DNA of 64,000 nucleotides from Octopus vulgaris (Eukaryota). The translations under genes were made by a program, and so were the position numbers. A model generated the notes under the pieces. That model was given only the letters and a program-made list of their open reading frames with translations. It searched no databases and had not been told where the DNA came from. Where the stretch lies: NCBI GenBank assembly GCA_951406725.2, contig OX597830.1, positions 59,892,001 through 59,956,000 of the forward strand. Direction: 5' to 3'. Every line of letters begins with the position of its first letter. The first letter of the stretch is position 1. Shown here one piece after another: positions 1 to 12,963 of this stretch.

Positions 1-375
1 GGTAGCACGCCGGGCGAAAAACCTAGCGGTATCTCGTCTGTCGTTACGTTCTGAGTTCAAATTCCGCCGAGGTCGACTTTGCCTTTCACCATTTCGGGGT
101 CGATTAAATAAGTGCCAGTTACTCACTGGGGTCGATGTAATCGACTTAATCCCTTTGTCTGTCCTTGTTTCTCCTTTCTGTGTTTAGCCCCTTGTAGGTA
201 GTAAAGAAATAGGTATTTCGTCTTTACGTTCCGAGTTCAAATTCCGCCGAAGTCGACTTTACCGTTCATCCTTTCGGGGTCGATAAATTAAGTACCAGTT
301 GCGTACAGTGGTCGATCTAATCGACTGGCCCCCTCCCCCAAAATTTCGGGCATTATGCCTAGAGTAGAAAAGAAT
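1..375 (+). mobile_element. Two tandem copies of tRNA-derived SINE family B (first truncated by the window edge)
   Basis: B-box-like GAGTTCAAATTCC followed by the conserved body GTCGACTTTGCCTTTCATCCTTTCGGGGTCGAT-AAATAAGTACCAG; about 15 copies in the window. Confidence 0.85.
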
Positions 376-759
376 ATTTGATGCAACGTTTTTAAATGTC
401 TCCAGATATTGTATAGAACTTTTTATTTCTTTATTTATGTAAACGTTTTCCAAACAACTGTTAGCGAGAATCATTGATTGAATAAAATGGGTTTGTAAGG
501 AAGACAGGAAGAAAAAGGTGGGGACCTGTTGCTGGAGAGGGTCCATCATTGGAAAGAGAAAAGCCGAGAGTAAGGAAGAAAGGTGACGTTGAGAATGTCC
601 CCTATGACGTTGCTGATTGGTTTTTGAGTGGCGGCGGCAACCATAACAGTCATCGTCGTGGTGGTCGTGGACGTGGTTGTCATCGTCGTCATCAGCATCA
701 TCATCACCATAATCATAATGGAAGACGTTCAGTGAGTGACAAAAAATAGGTGCTAGGGA

Positions 760-1183
760 GGGAAAATGATAGAGAGGAAGAAGAAAACGACAGCAGGAGG
801 AGGAGGAAGAGGAGGAGGAAGGGGATGGGGAGGAGGAAGGGAGAAGAGGAAGAGGTGGAAGATGAGGCAGGAGAGGAGGAAGAGGAGGAAGAAGAGGGTG
901 AGGCGGAAGGGGCAGGGGAACGGGGAGGAGGAAGAGGAGGAGGCGGAAGAAGAGGGGGAGGAGGACGGGGAGGAGGAAGGAGAGGAGGGAGAGAATCATA
1001 GCGAAGATAAAGAGAAAAAGAGCAAAGAATTGAAGGAGGAAGAAAATGAGGATCAAGGCGAAGGTAATGATATACGATAGAAGAAAATGTGAGTGAAGGG
1101 GGAGAGTGTTAGTGTGCGGAGGAGAGAGAGAAAGATAACGAAAAAGGAGGGAGGGAGGGAGAGAGAGAGAGAGAGAGAGAGAG
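760..1183. repeat. Purine-rich (GGA/GAA)n low-complexity tract ending in (GA)n
   Basis: Direct reading; source of spurious Glu/Gly/Arg-rich ORFs. Confidence 0.9.
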
Positions 1184-1389
1184 TCATGTTTATTATTGTA
1201 GGTATTGGTGTGAGGTGTGATGGGTAGGTGTGTGTTGGCTTACGGCCTGCTCGAGAGATAAACAGACAGGTAAGGTAGACAGACTACAGACAAACAGACA
1301 GACATGGGCAGACAAATAGACGACACGAGCAAAAAAAGGGACGGGCAGACACAGATATATAGACTGAGAAACACACACACACAATCGCG

Positions 1390-1440
<51 letters not shown>

Positions 1441-1919
1441 ACATATACACTCACACACATATACGCACGGTTGGATACACATGGAAATAGAGAAAAATTT
1501 GATTGTCGGGAACGTTACGCAGACGCAAACCGGCACAGCATAAAAAAAAAAAAGCAAGCAAAAAGCCAGAAACTATTCCCAAACTCAGTAAGGACACGGC
1601 TAATTAAAGACAATGTGATGCAGGCGGACAGAATCATTGGCAAGGAATTGTTACAGAGCGAATCAGTGTTACGAATAGACTCAGATGGACAAATTGACTC
1701 AAACAAATAAATTGTCGCAGACAAGCAGCGTGGATAGACTCGTTCTTATATAGTGTTACAAATAAACTCAGAAGACAGTGTCACGAATGGATGGATATTG
1801 ACAATGACAGCGTGTGTGTGTGTGTGTGTGTGTTGAATAGACCAGATGATATGCGATTGTTCTTCTTGCTCTCTACGCTCTAATTTGAAATCCGGCCTCG
1901 TTCGACTTTGCCTTTTATA

Positions 1920-2128
1920 CCTATTTCTTTATTACCCACAAGGGGCTAAACATAGAGGGGACAAACATGGACAGACACAGGTATTAAGTCGATTACATCG
2001 ACCCCAGTGTGTAACTGGTACTTTATTTATCGACCCCGAAAGGATGAAAGGCAAAGTTGACCTCGGCGGAATTTGAACTCACAACGTAACGGCAGACGAA
2101 ATACCGCTAAGTATTTCGCCCGGCGTGA
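1920..2128 (-). mobile_element. SINE family B copy
   Basis: Reverse complement of the copy at 9572-9808. Confidence 0.85.
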
Positions 2129-2194
2129 CCGATGTTATCGACTAATACCCACTTTCTTTGTTTACTGTAATATATGTACTGTGATGTTTACTAT

Positions 2195-2398
2195 TTTACT
2201 TGTTTCAGTCATTTGACTGTGGCCATGCTGGAGCACCGCCTTTACTCGAGCAAATCGACCTCAGGACTTATTCTTTGTAAGCCTAGTACTTATTCTATCG
2301 GTCGCTTTTAACCAAACCGCTAAGTTACGGTGATGTAAACACACCAGCATCGGTTGTCAGGCGATGATGGGGGAGGGGGAGACAAAAACACAGAAACA

Positions 2399-2443
<45 letters not shown>

Positions 2444-2611
2444 ATATACATATATACAACAGGCTTCTTTCAGTTTCCGCCTACCAAATCCACTCACAAG
2501 GCTTTGGTCGGGCCGAGACTATAATAGAAGACACTGCCAGATGTGCCACGCAGTGGGACTGAACCCGGAACCATGTGGTTGGTAAACAAGCTACTTACCA
2601 CACAGCCACTC
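2195..2611 (-). mobile_element. SINE family A copy (tRNA-like head, internal microsatellite)
   Basis: Minus strand: A box TGGCTGTGTGG, B box GGTTCAGTCCC, internal (CA)n, tail ...CAGTCAAATGACTGAAACAAGTAAAA. Confidence 0.9.
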
Positions 2612-2900
2612 GTTTGTTAAATTATCATTTTAACAGTAATGATCTGATTTATGATGAGCGATATCTCTTGGAAAAGGTTATCCATTTGAACGATCTAAAC
2701 TCTCAGCAATTACAAACACCCGAAACCTCTTACCGTCACACACTTATATTACATCTGTAAACATCAATAACATAACTTCCAAACGGACATAAAGGTGTTT
2801 GGCCAACCTGCTAGAAATAACAGTTGTCATCACCACGACTCCGCTCCCCTCTCTTCATTTATATAAGCGAAACACATCACTTTAAAAAACAGTACAAAGC

Positions 2901-3335
2901 TCGGATCTTTTCGGTTTGAACGGCAGTTTTTTCTAGTGGTGTCATAGGAAATTGTCACCCATAATTATGACCGTAGAATCGATCTATTGCCTTTCAATGT
3001 CTTTTAGGGTTAGGGTTAGTTAGGGTTAGGTTTAGAGGTGGGGGAAGGGTATCTTTTTTTCTTCACAAATGTAAATAAACCCAATCTGTTTCTTAAACGA
3101 GGGACATATTCATACGGCACAGAATGCTTTTTAACTCAATAGACGTCACTGATTGGTTGAAATTGCAGAAATTGAAGAAAAAAACAACAAATATTTTACA
3201 AACTATAGAATATTCTCAATAAAGCCAAGAGAAAAAGATGTTTTATAAACACATTCTACCAGTATACAAAGTTTAAAAGTGTTTAGTTACCAAGAAATTA
3301 TGTTAAAAACTGCCGTTCAAACCGAAAAGATCCGA
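2901..3335. mobile_element. Non-autonomous TIR element with 31-bp perfect TIRs and internal TTAGGG-like repeats
   Basis: TCGGATCTTTTCGGTTTGAACGGCAGTTTTT at 2901-2931 and its exact reverse complement at 3305-3335; TTAGGG-like run at 3003-3034. Confidence 0.85.
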
Positions 3336-3514
3336 TACACCTTCTAACTTCCTCTTTTCGACCTATACATTCTCACACATCTCAACAAAACATGCGGACG
3401 GCCTCGTGCACCAATCACATCCTACATACGACATCTTCAAACACACATACAAACATCATACTATGATAATGATATAAATGGTTTAAGCTAGCAGCCACCA
3501 AATCCGCTACATAT

Positions 3515-3680
3515 ATACGACGGGCTTCTTTCAGTTTCCGTCTACCAAATCCACTCACAAGGCTTTGGTCGGCCCGAGGCTATAGTAGAAGACACTTGCC
3601 CAAGGTGCCACGCAGTGGGATTGAACCCAGAACCTAGTGGTTGGTTAGCAAGCTACTTACCACACAGCCACCCTTACGCC
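3515..3680 (-). mobile_element. SINE family A, 5' half
   Basis: Matches the family A head and body up to the microsatellite. Confidence 0.8.
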
Positions 3681-4129
3681 TACTTGTTTATTATTGTTCT
3701 TATTTTATCTTATGTCCGTTGTCTGGGTATCTTTCGTCACTCATCTGTGACATGTTCAGCGACTCTTCCATCCTCGTGTGCAAATCGTTCTCGAGTTTTT
3801 TTTTTCTAGGGGGTTTTGTCCTATACTAGCCACATGCAAGCAGAAATAAATAAGACATCAATGGTCTTACTGGTCCCTAATATTGTACTAGGATGTATAC
3901 TACCCACAATAAGTGCAGTGGAACAGTAATTGTCACGTTCTGACTTAAGTTTTCCCTTGCTTAGCTCCTCTGTGACCACCACTAGGGTCAACGGGCAAAA
4001 TATATGGATTGATTGGTGAGTGGGAGAGTGCATCCCGTCCTGGTTATAATACTACCGACCAACGTACGATCCATCACAGCATGTCAGAGTGTTTGGTGAG
4101 AAGATGTAATTGAGGTGGTCGATCTATAG

Positions 4130-4383
4130 CAATGATCCTCAACCATTTTTTAGCTATGGATCTTTTTAATTACTATTTTACTCGGATTGAACCCACCCAC
4201 CCAGCTATTTGAGGTTTAAAAAAACCTTGTTATATTTTTATAATCAAATATTATTAGGAATTGTTTAAAAAATATATTTTGAGTATTGTAGAAGTATAAT
4301 TGATTTATTGCATCTAAATTTTAACAGCAAAATTTTATATGTGGCCCCTGAAGGGTCATATGTACCCCGGTGGAGAACCTTTA
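4130..4383 (+). mobile_element. hAT-like MITE, degenerate copy
   Basis: Collinear with copies at 6410-6635 and 7805-8060 (shared ATATTTTTATAATCAAATATTATTAGGAATTG core). Confidence 0.65.
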
Positions 4384-4870
4384 TGGATCGGGCCTTATCA
4401 TTCAGCTGACTACCTGCCATAAGACTGAGCTGATTTGGAGGACGGGGGCCTTGCACATCAACAACGGTGGCACCACTCCCATGCGGCAACAATCCCCACC
4501 TCATCCCCCATCACCACCACCACCATGACAATTAATGAAAAATATAAACCATTACAAGTTAAAATAAAAATAAAACCATGTTTTATGGGGTGTCGCTTTA
4601 CTTCTGTCCTGTCTGTGTGTATTTCATATGCGCACGAATGCGTGCGTGTATATGTGTGTGTGTGTGAGTGTGTGTGTGTGTGTGTATGTGTGTGTGAGAG
4701 AGAGAGAGAGAGAGGTTGATTGAGGAGTATGTACTACGTGCTGTTTCTCTTTGCAGCGTGTGTATATGATGTCTGTTATATGTAGACGTCGTGTGTATAA
4801 TGTTGTTTGCGAACGTTCACATCTATAGATGCATTGTGCATGAGAGAGTGGAGGAAGATAGCTTGAAACA

Positions 4871-4935
<65 letters not shown>

Positions 4936-5149
4936 AAAGAGAGAGAAGCGGTGGATATTGGGATAAGTGGTGAATGAAGGTGGAAGAAATGGCGCAGAAA
5001 ACAAACGACATAGATTTATTGATCGACGATTATCAATTTAACATCTATGATATATTGAGCCGTGTTCTTGAGCAGAGGACCAACATTACAAAATAGATGC
5101 TATTTGACATGGTAAACGGCATTGAGTGCGTAGATGTTGACAGGATCTA

Positions 5150-5302
5150 TGTTCCGAGTTCAAATTCCGCCGAGGTCGACTTTGCATTTCATCCTTTCGG
5201 GGTCGATTAAATAAGTACCAGTTACGCACTGGGGACGATGTAATCGACTTAATCCGTTTGTCTGTCCTTGTTTGTCCGTTCTATGTTAGTAAAAAAATAG
5301 GA
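5150..5302 (+). mobile_element. SINE family B, 5'-truncated
   Basis: Family B body motif. Confidence 0.8.
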
Positions 5303-5343
5303 TATACAATACAAACATATATGCATGTGTTTATGTATATCTA

Positions 5344-5650
5344 GGCGCAAGGCCCAGTGGTTAGGGCAGCGGACTCGCGATCGTAGGATCGTGGTATCGA
5401 TTCCCAGACCGGGCGTTGTGAGTGTTTATTGAGCAAAAACACCTAAAGCTCCACCAGGCTCCAGCAGGGGGTGGTGGTGATCCCTGCTGTACTCTTTCGC
5501 CACAGCTTTCTCCCATTCTTTCTTCTGTTGGCCTGCTCGCTTAGCTAGCGGGGTGGCGTCATTTGAAGGGTAAAATAATGCGAAGCGCATTGTGACCAGC
5601 GATGTGTAGCAACATCTGATAGCCTGGTCGGTCACGGTGATCACGGTAAT
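5344..5650 (+). mobile_element. tRNA-derived SINE family C
   Basis: GGCCCAGTGGTTAG A-box-like and GGTATCGATTCCC B-box-like motifs with tRNA spacing, non-tRNA body, short tandem 3' end (TCACGGTGA TCACGGTAA). Confidence 0.7.
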
Positions 5651-5734
5651 ATGTATATCTATTTTTGAATGTACATGTACGTATGCATGTATGGATGTGT
5701 GTATGTATATTTATGCGTATACGTATGTATATAC

Positions 5735-5773
<39 letters not shown>

Positions 5774-6409
5774 CGTGTGTGTGTATTTATGTAGATACCC
5801 ACACATACGTACGCACATATGATCATATGTTTACAGTGATGGCAAACCGTATGTAGATACCTTTTAGCAACAAACTGCATTGATGTTGTTTAGCTCTTGA
5901 AGTCATGTAGACCCATCAATAAAAGGCATTTCAGCCGTGACCATCTCCTTCTACCCCCACACACTGTATATCGAAGATTATATTATCCAATGTAATATGC
6001 ATGTAATTCTTAACTATTGATAGTTTCGTAGGGACGCCTTCGTGACAAACTGTGTGTCTGGATCATTGCAGATCTGGTGGGGCCCCTCCCTCTTCAGGTC
6101 TGAACATAAACAGTTTCTTCCAGAGAGGAAGAGACAGATGGAGAACCGACTCCAGTTTTTAGCTGGTACTTTCTTTATCGACTACGAAAAGACAAAAGAT
6201 TCAGTTGACTCCAGAGGGATTTGAACTTAGAGCTCAGAGAATCAAGACGAGTACTGCAAGACATTCCATCCAACAGTCCAACAGTTCTGCTAATACGCTG
6301 CCTTTTGTCTATTATTACTTTTTCTTTTAAGGCGTTAGACGTGGGATTTGAGGGAGATTTGGCAGCTATTTCTTCTTTAGTAAGTCGAGTTCATAATAAA
6401 CCTCTCGGC

Positions 6410-6635
6410 CAGTGTTTCTCAACCATTTTTTTACCTATTGACCCCTTTGATTTCTATTTTACCCAAGTGGAACCTCCTCGTCAACCGATGCCTTAAAATA
6501 TATATTTTATAATCAAATATTATTAGGAATTACATAACAAAAGATTATAACCATTTTATTGAACATAAATCTTAACAAAAACAAAATCTTAAATGGACTT
6601 CTAAGGGCCATATGGACCCCGGTTGAGAGCCACTG
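6410..6635 (+). mobile_element. hAT (Charlie-like) MITE
   Basis: TIRs CAGTGTTTCTCAACC / GGTTGAGAGCCACTG; 8-bp flanks CTCTCGGC / CTCTAGAT (degenerate TSD). Confidence 0.75.
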
Positions 6636-6677
6636 CTCTAGATATTGTCCAGAGAGGGAGAGAGAGAGAGAGGAGAA

Positions 6678-6727
<50 letters not shown>

Positions 6728-7277
6728 GAATATAGATTTTTGGATAATTTGTCTACAAAGTCTGTAAACTGATGGTTTTTGGTTATTTCCTGATTATTTC
6801 CGACTTATTTCCAATGTTTTTCGCTATGATAACAACCTCAGTGAGATTAATTGTATACAGTGATGATGAAATAATCAGTAATTAGCGAACAATGTTAATT
6901 AACTGAACAAGCAAGAGAAACAGTTCCGAATGCGTTTGTCTTGTTGGGTTTCATCTGCAGCGTTATTTATCTTTCGTTAGCATTAATCTCATAAATAATC
7001 TGCGAAAAGGAGCCTCCATGAAAACGATTCCCAGCCCCTGGGAATCCGCAATGAAGCTGCTAGGATGGAGCTGTGAGCGTGTTGAATAGAAAAGACTTCT
7101 CAAAAGACTAAGGTCTATGAAAAAATCAAATTGAAATACAAAGGGGCCATGGCAAACATTTTCCTCCCTTAAACCTTTCCATTATATCTTTAGAAAGGGT
7201 ATGTAGCAGTGGTACCTATGGACCCCTTTCGGTTCTTATTTTATTTGGATGGACCTCCCCACCAGCCATTTATAATT

Positions 7278-7413
7278 TGGCTGTGTGGTAAATAGCTTGC
7301 TTACCAACCACATGGTTCCGGGTTCAGTCCCACTGCGTTGTACTTTGGGCAAGTGTCTTCTTTTCGGGCCGAACAACGTCTTGTAAGTGGATAGAAACTG
7401 AATGAAGTTCGTC

Positions 7414-7480
<67 letters not shown>

Positions 7481-7665
7481 TATATATATGTTGTGTCCTG
7501 TGTTTCCGCCCCACACCGCTTGACAATCGATGTTGGTGTGTGTACGTCCCCGTAACTTAGCGGTTCGGCAAAAGAGACCGATAGAATAAGTACTAGGCTT
7601 GCAAAGAATAAGTCCTGGCGTCGATTTGCTCGACTAAAGGTGGTGCTCCAGCATGGCCGCAGTCC
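7278..7665 (+). mobile_element. SINE family A copy
   Basis: Head, (TA)n centre and tail all match the family. Confidence 0.9.
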
Positions 7666-7804
7666 GGATCACATTATACAATGTATTTCTTCAATTTGCT
7701 GAAGCGATAGGCAATGATGCTCAGGTTCCCCACTAGGTGGGTGTACGGTCGTTCTCGTTTTGCGTTCAAACCTTGAAAACAGGTACCCCCTCTATTGTAT
7801 AAGC

Positions 7805-8060
7805 CAGTGCTTCTCAAACATTTTTTACTCGTGGGACCCTTAGTTTCCTATTTTACTCTACCGGATCTCCCATAGACATTCGATACTAAAAAAGTATCCC
7901 ATTATATTTTTATAACTAATTAATTTTAGGAATTGTAGAAAAAAACTTTTAAATGTTTTTGCATATTGTAGAATTATAACCAGTTTACTGCAAATAAATT
8001 ATAGCAAAATCTCACATGGACCCCCTTTAGGGCCATATGGGCCCCAGTAGAGAACCATTG
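7805..8060 (+). mobile_element. hAT (Charlie-like) MITE
   Basis: TIRs CAGTGCTTCTC / GAGAACCATTG; 8-bp TSD GTATAAGC / GTATAGGT. Confidence 0.75.
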
Positions 8061-8112
8061 GTATAGGTAAACCAATTAGTTCACTATACCTAACTAGTAA
8101 GCAGCGTAATTC

Positions 8113-8265
8113 TTACATTCTCTCGATTTCTTGTAACTTAGACTTCTTCATGCCCCCAGCAGACAGAATAGAAGAGGCGTTGCTCCGGAGGATGGCGAAA
8201 GAGATGCGGTGGAAGAGCCAATCCGATTCACAGGACTCGCACTTAACGGTATCCGGAGAAGGTCC
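8113..8265 (-). pseudogene. 3'-terminal remnant of a CRE-like RLE non-LTR retrotransposon ORF
   Basis: Minus strand reads ESDWLFHRISFAILRSNASSILSAG, resembling the C-terminal QRIS.A..RGNA.SIL motif of CRE-clade elements (motif recalled, not searched). Confidence 0.55.
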
Positions 8266-8338
8266 GTCCGCGCGCGTGTATGTGTGTGTGTGTGAGTGTG
8301 TGTGCGTGTGTGTGTGTGTTGTGCTGGTGATCTGCTAG

Positions 8339-8763
8339 AGATCTTTTCAATCTTAGTCACAGATTTTTTAATTAATCTTTTTTTTAACTAAACAGTTTGA
8401 AACTTCGGATACTGGTTGAGTATGACACGAAGAGCATTTTGTGTTTTAGAAGTTATTTCGTGTTAAAGTTGTCGTATTTGGGTAATTTTAATCAATCAAT
8501 GACGTGTATTCAGCTGAAGAAAGTTACTGTTGTTTGCGAAAGTAATAGAAGAGCAACAGCATCCGGGTCATCGGGTCATCTGTTTTGGACGCTGCATACA
8601 TAAATGTAAGTAAATGCACAGACACATATAATATACGTATACACACTCGCACACCAATACATGCAACTTTCAGGACGCTGAGGAAGGAAAGGGAGGTGGT
8701 GTGAGGAATACATAACTTTAATTGACGACAGTTGTTCATGCAGCATTTCTGCTGTCCATCACA

Positions 8764-8818
<55 letters not shown>

Positions 8819-8827
8819 GCACACACG

Positions 8828-8882
<55 letters not shown>

Positions 8883-9474
8883 TCATATGTAAAGCTGATA
8901 AATCCCCGTAGGGAAGCAAGGAAAAGGAGAGGGTTTAATAAATTAATATGCAGCGGTTGGGTGTTGGTAAGTTTGTATAAGCTGTCATTCAGATCGTCAA
9001 CCCACCACCACTTTCTCCGTTCTCTCTCTCTCTCTGATTTGCTGGAAATAACAGCCAAATCTCTCTCTCAATTTCACACACTAACATTATATACACGAAA
9101 GGACACATTGGATAAGATGGAAAAAATACACACACACACACACACGTATGTATTCCCTATAAAAGAACTTTGTGTCTTTCTCACTCACCTTTCTTATCTT
9201 TTATACTTTTCTCCCACCTTTCTTTCCCTCTCTTTCATGACACGATGACCCGGATGTTGTTGCTCTTCCATTACTTTCGCAAACAGCAGAAACTTTCTTC
9301 AGCTGAATACACGCCATTGATTGATTAAAATTACCCAAATACGACAACTTTAACACGAAATAACTTCTAAAACACAAAATGTTCTATGTGACACATTCAA
9401 CCAGTATCTGAAGTTTCAAACTGTTTAGTTAAAAAAATTAATTTAAAAACCTGTGACTAAGATTGAAAAGATCC
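8339..9474. mobile_element. Non-autonomous DNA transposon with about 240-bp TIRs (MULE-like)
   Basis: 8339-8579 is the near-perfect reverse complement of 9237-9474; termini (G)GATCTTTTC; flanks TCTGCTAG / GGTGCTAG (6/8). Confidence 0.85.
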
Positions 9475-9571
9475 GGTGCTAGTTTTAGGGTTATTGGTAA
9501 TGATGGTGGAAGTAGTAGCATTAGTGATGGGGAAAATAAGTGACGTTAGAGACGGTATTGCTGTTGTTCGA

Positions 9572-9808
9572 AGGCGGCGAGCTGGCAGGAACGATAGCAC
9601 GCCGAGCGAAATGCTTAGCGGTATTTCGTCTGCCGCTACGTTCTGAGTTCAAATTCCGCCGAGGTCGACTTTGCCTTTCATCCTTTCGGGTTCGATTAAA
9701 TAAGTACCAGTTACGCACTGAGGTCGATATAATCGACTTAATCCCTTTGTCTCTCCTTGTTTGTCCCCTCTGTGTTTAGCCCCTTGTGGGTAGTAAAGAA
9801 ATAGGTAT
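9572..9808 (+). mobile_element. SINE family B, near full-length
   Basis: GGCGGCGAGCTGGCAG head, GAGTTCAAATTCC B box, conserved body, tail CCCCTTGTGGGTAGTAAAGAAATAGG. Confidence 0.9.
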
Positions 9809-10147
9809 TGCTGTTGTTGTCGTTGATGGTAATGCGCTAGCATGGAAGATGTCTGGACTTGTTGGGAACAGAATTTGGTGAAGAGGCAGACATTCAGAAG
9901 GGGAAACAAACAAGCAAAACATAAAAGAAAAAAGAATGTGGGGAGGGGGTGCTGTTTTTAAAAGAAAGAATTGAGTTACAGTGGAGATAGGATGGACAAA
10001 GAGGCGTGTCGAGGTGGTCAACTTGGTTGTTAGGCTGGACACGAGCGAGGAGTGTAAAGAACAGAGGGATAGTGGTCAGTTAGAAGAAATTACTATGTCG
10101 GTAGGTTCATGTACGAAGTGCGGCGGGAAAGTGGTGGGATAGGAACT

Positions 10148-10590
10148 ATGGCGGCGGTGGTGGTGATGGTGGTGATGTTGGTGGTGGTGGTGGTGCTGCG
10201 ACTCATGGTGGTTGTGGTGGGGATGATGATGATGATGATGACGGTAGTGATAGTGGTGGTGGTGGTGGTGGTGATGGTGATGGGTGATAATGGTGGTGGT
10301 GGTAGTGATGGTGATGGTGATGGGTAGTGATGGTGGTGGTGGTGGTGCTGCGACTCATGGTGGTTGTGGTGGGGATGATGATGATGATGATGACGGTAGT
10401 GATAGTGGTGGTGGTGGTGGTGGTGATGGTGATGGGTGATAATGGTGGTGGTGGTAGTGATGGTGATGGTGATGGGTAGTGATGGTGGTGGTGGTGGTGG
10501 TGATGGGTGATAATGGTGGTAGTGGTGGTGGTGGTGGTGATGGTTACGAAGTGATAATGGTGATGGTGGTGGTGATGTTGGTAGTGGTCA
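10148..10590. repeat. (GGT/GAT)n low-complexity tract with an internal tandem duplication of about 160 bp
   Basis: GCTGCGACTCATGGTGGTTGTGGTGGGGATG block occurs twice. Confidence 0.85.
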
Positions 10591-11047
10591 GTGATTGGTA
10601 GTTTTCAATGTGAGCCAGGGCGACATGTTTCAAGGTCATTCCTAGCCCGAGAAAGTTTATGGCCACGGCTTCTCTTTCACTCAACCGGAACGTGAAGGCG
10701 GCCTCCTTTGAAATTCATCTCAATTTCTGCAGATGAACGATTTTTAATGGGAGTAGGCTATGGAGAGGGGACGAGGGTTAAGGTAGAGGTATGACTGACG
10801 ACCAATCCTAGCTGACTGGTCAGTCAACATTCCAGCCATTTGCTGCGTTGAAAGACATTGCGCTTCACAGGGAAGGACATACAGACGGACAAAGATAAAA
10901 AGAAAGAAAAAAAAAGGAAAAGAGGGAAAGAAGAAGAAAATCGATTAATTTGACCGACAACAACTGACCATTGACCTGACGGAAATAGAAGAATCAAATA
11001 ATTGAAAATAAAACTCGTGAACAACATGGAAACGAGGTGTGTGTGCG

Positions 11048-11094
<47 letters not shown>

Positions 11095-11254
11095 ACAAAC
11101 ACACAGGCACATATACATATATGATATATTTATATGTACACATATTAGTATAAATAGATATATATTTACATATATATATATATACACACGTTTATCTATG
11201 TACATAATATATATATATATATGAATATCTGTCTTTTATCGTTTATCTTCTATA

Positions 11255-11907
11255 TGTTTCAGCAATTAGACTGCGGCCATGCTGGAGCACCGCCTTGAAG
11301 AACCTTTAGTCGAATGTATCAACCCTAGTATTTATTTTTTTTTTAAGCCTGGTACTTTTTTTATCGGTTTTCTTTTGCCGAACTGCTATGTTACAGATAC
11401 GCAAATATACCAACACCGGTTGTCAAGCGGTGGGGGTAGAGGCAAATACACACACAGAGTGACGGTAGTGAGTTCCAATCCCGGACCGGGTTGCGTGTTG
11501 TGTTCTTGAGCAAGACACTTTATTTCACATTGCTCCAGTTCACTCAGCTGTAGAAATGAGTTGCGATGTCACAGGTGCCAAGCTGTATCGGCCCCTTTGC
11601 CTTTCCCTTAGATGACATCAGTGGCGTATAAAGGGGAGGATGGTATGCATGGGTGACTGCTGGTCTTCCATAAACAATCTCGCGCGGATTTGTGCCTCGG
11701 AGGGGAACTTTCTAGGTGCAATCATGATCAGAAAGAGTCTTTATTCTTTATCTATATACAACGGGCTTCTTTTAGTTTCCGTCTACTAAATCCACTCACA
11801 AGGCTTTGGTCGGGCCGAGACTATAATAGAAGACACTTGCCAGATGTGTTACGCAGTGGGACTGAACCCCGAACAGCACTTCTTATCACACAGCCACGCC
11901 TGCGCCT
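11255..11907 (-). mobile_element. SINE family A interrupted at its microsatellite by another SINE-like element (about 11460-11745, + strand)
   Basis: Family A tail 11255-11458 and head 11750-11907; insert has GAGTTCCAATCCC B-box-like motif and GTGTTCTTGAGCAAGACACTT body. Confidence 0.75.
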
Positions 11908-11924
11908 ATACTCTCTCTCTTTTA

Positions 11925-12377
<453 letters not shown>

Positions 12378-12444
12378 ATATATAATACATATGTATATAT
12401 GTGTGTATATATATACATACATACAAATATATCTTTTCTTTTAT

Positions 12445-12616
12445 CTTTTACTTGCTTCAGTTATTAGACGGCGGTCATGCTGAGGTACCGCCTTTTGGAA
12501 TTTTAGTCAAACGAATCGACACCAGTGCTTTTGGCGAACCATTAGGTTACAGGAACGTAAACACTTCAACACCAGTTATCAAGCAGTGAAAGACAAACGC
12601 AGACCAAATAACGCAC

Positions 12617-12655
<39 letters not shown>

Positions 12656-12898
12656 GGAGTAAACACATAAATGAGAAACAAGGTGGAAAAAAGAGTACTC
12701 AAATACCAGTGGTAGAGTAATATGGTTTATTTAAAGCAGCAGAAAATTCAACAAAACCTGTTACTCGGAGTTGCCGTTCATCGGACAGTTTTTGCTAGAA
12801 TAGAACCGATATGTTGGTTCTATTCTAGCAAAAACTGTCCGATGAACGGCAACTCAGAGTAACAGGTTTTGTTGAATTTTCTGCTGCTTTAAATAAAG

Positions 12899-12963
<65 letters not shown>

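Noticed and set aside
259-1080. Long ORFs (265 aa on minus; Glu/Gly/Arg-rich on plus)
   Set aside because: Translations of a (GGA/GAA)n tract running into a SINE; no domain signal
3003-3034. Telomere or chromosome fusion scar
   Set aside because: Only a few imperfect units, enclosed within a TIR element
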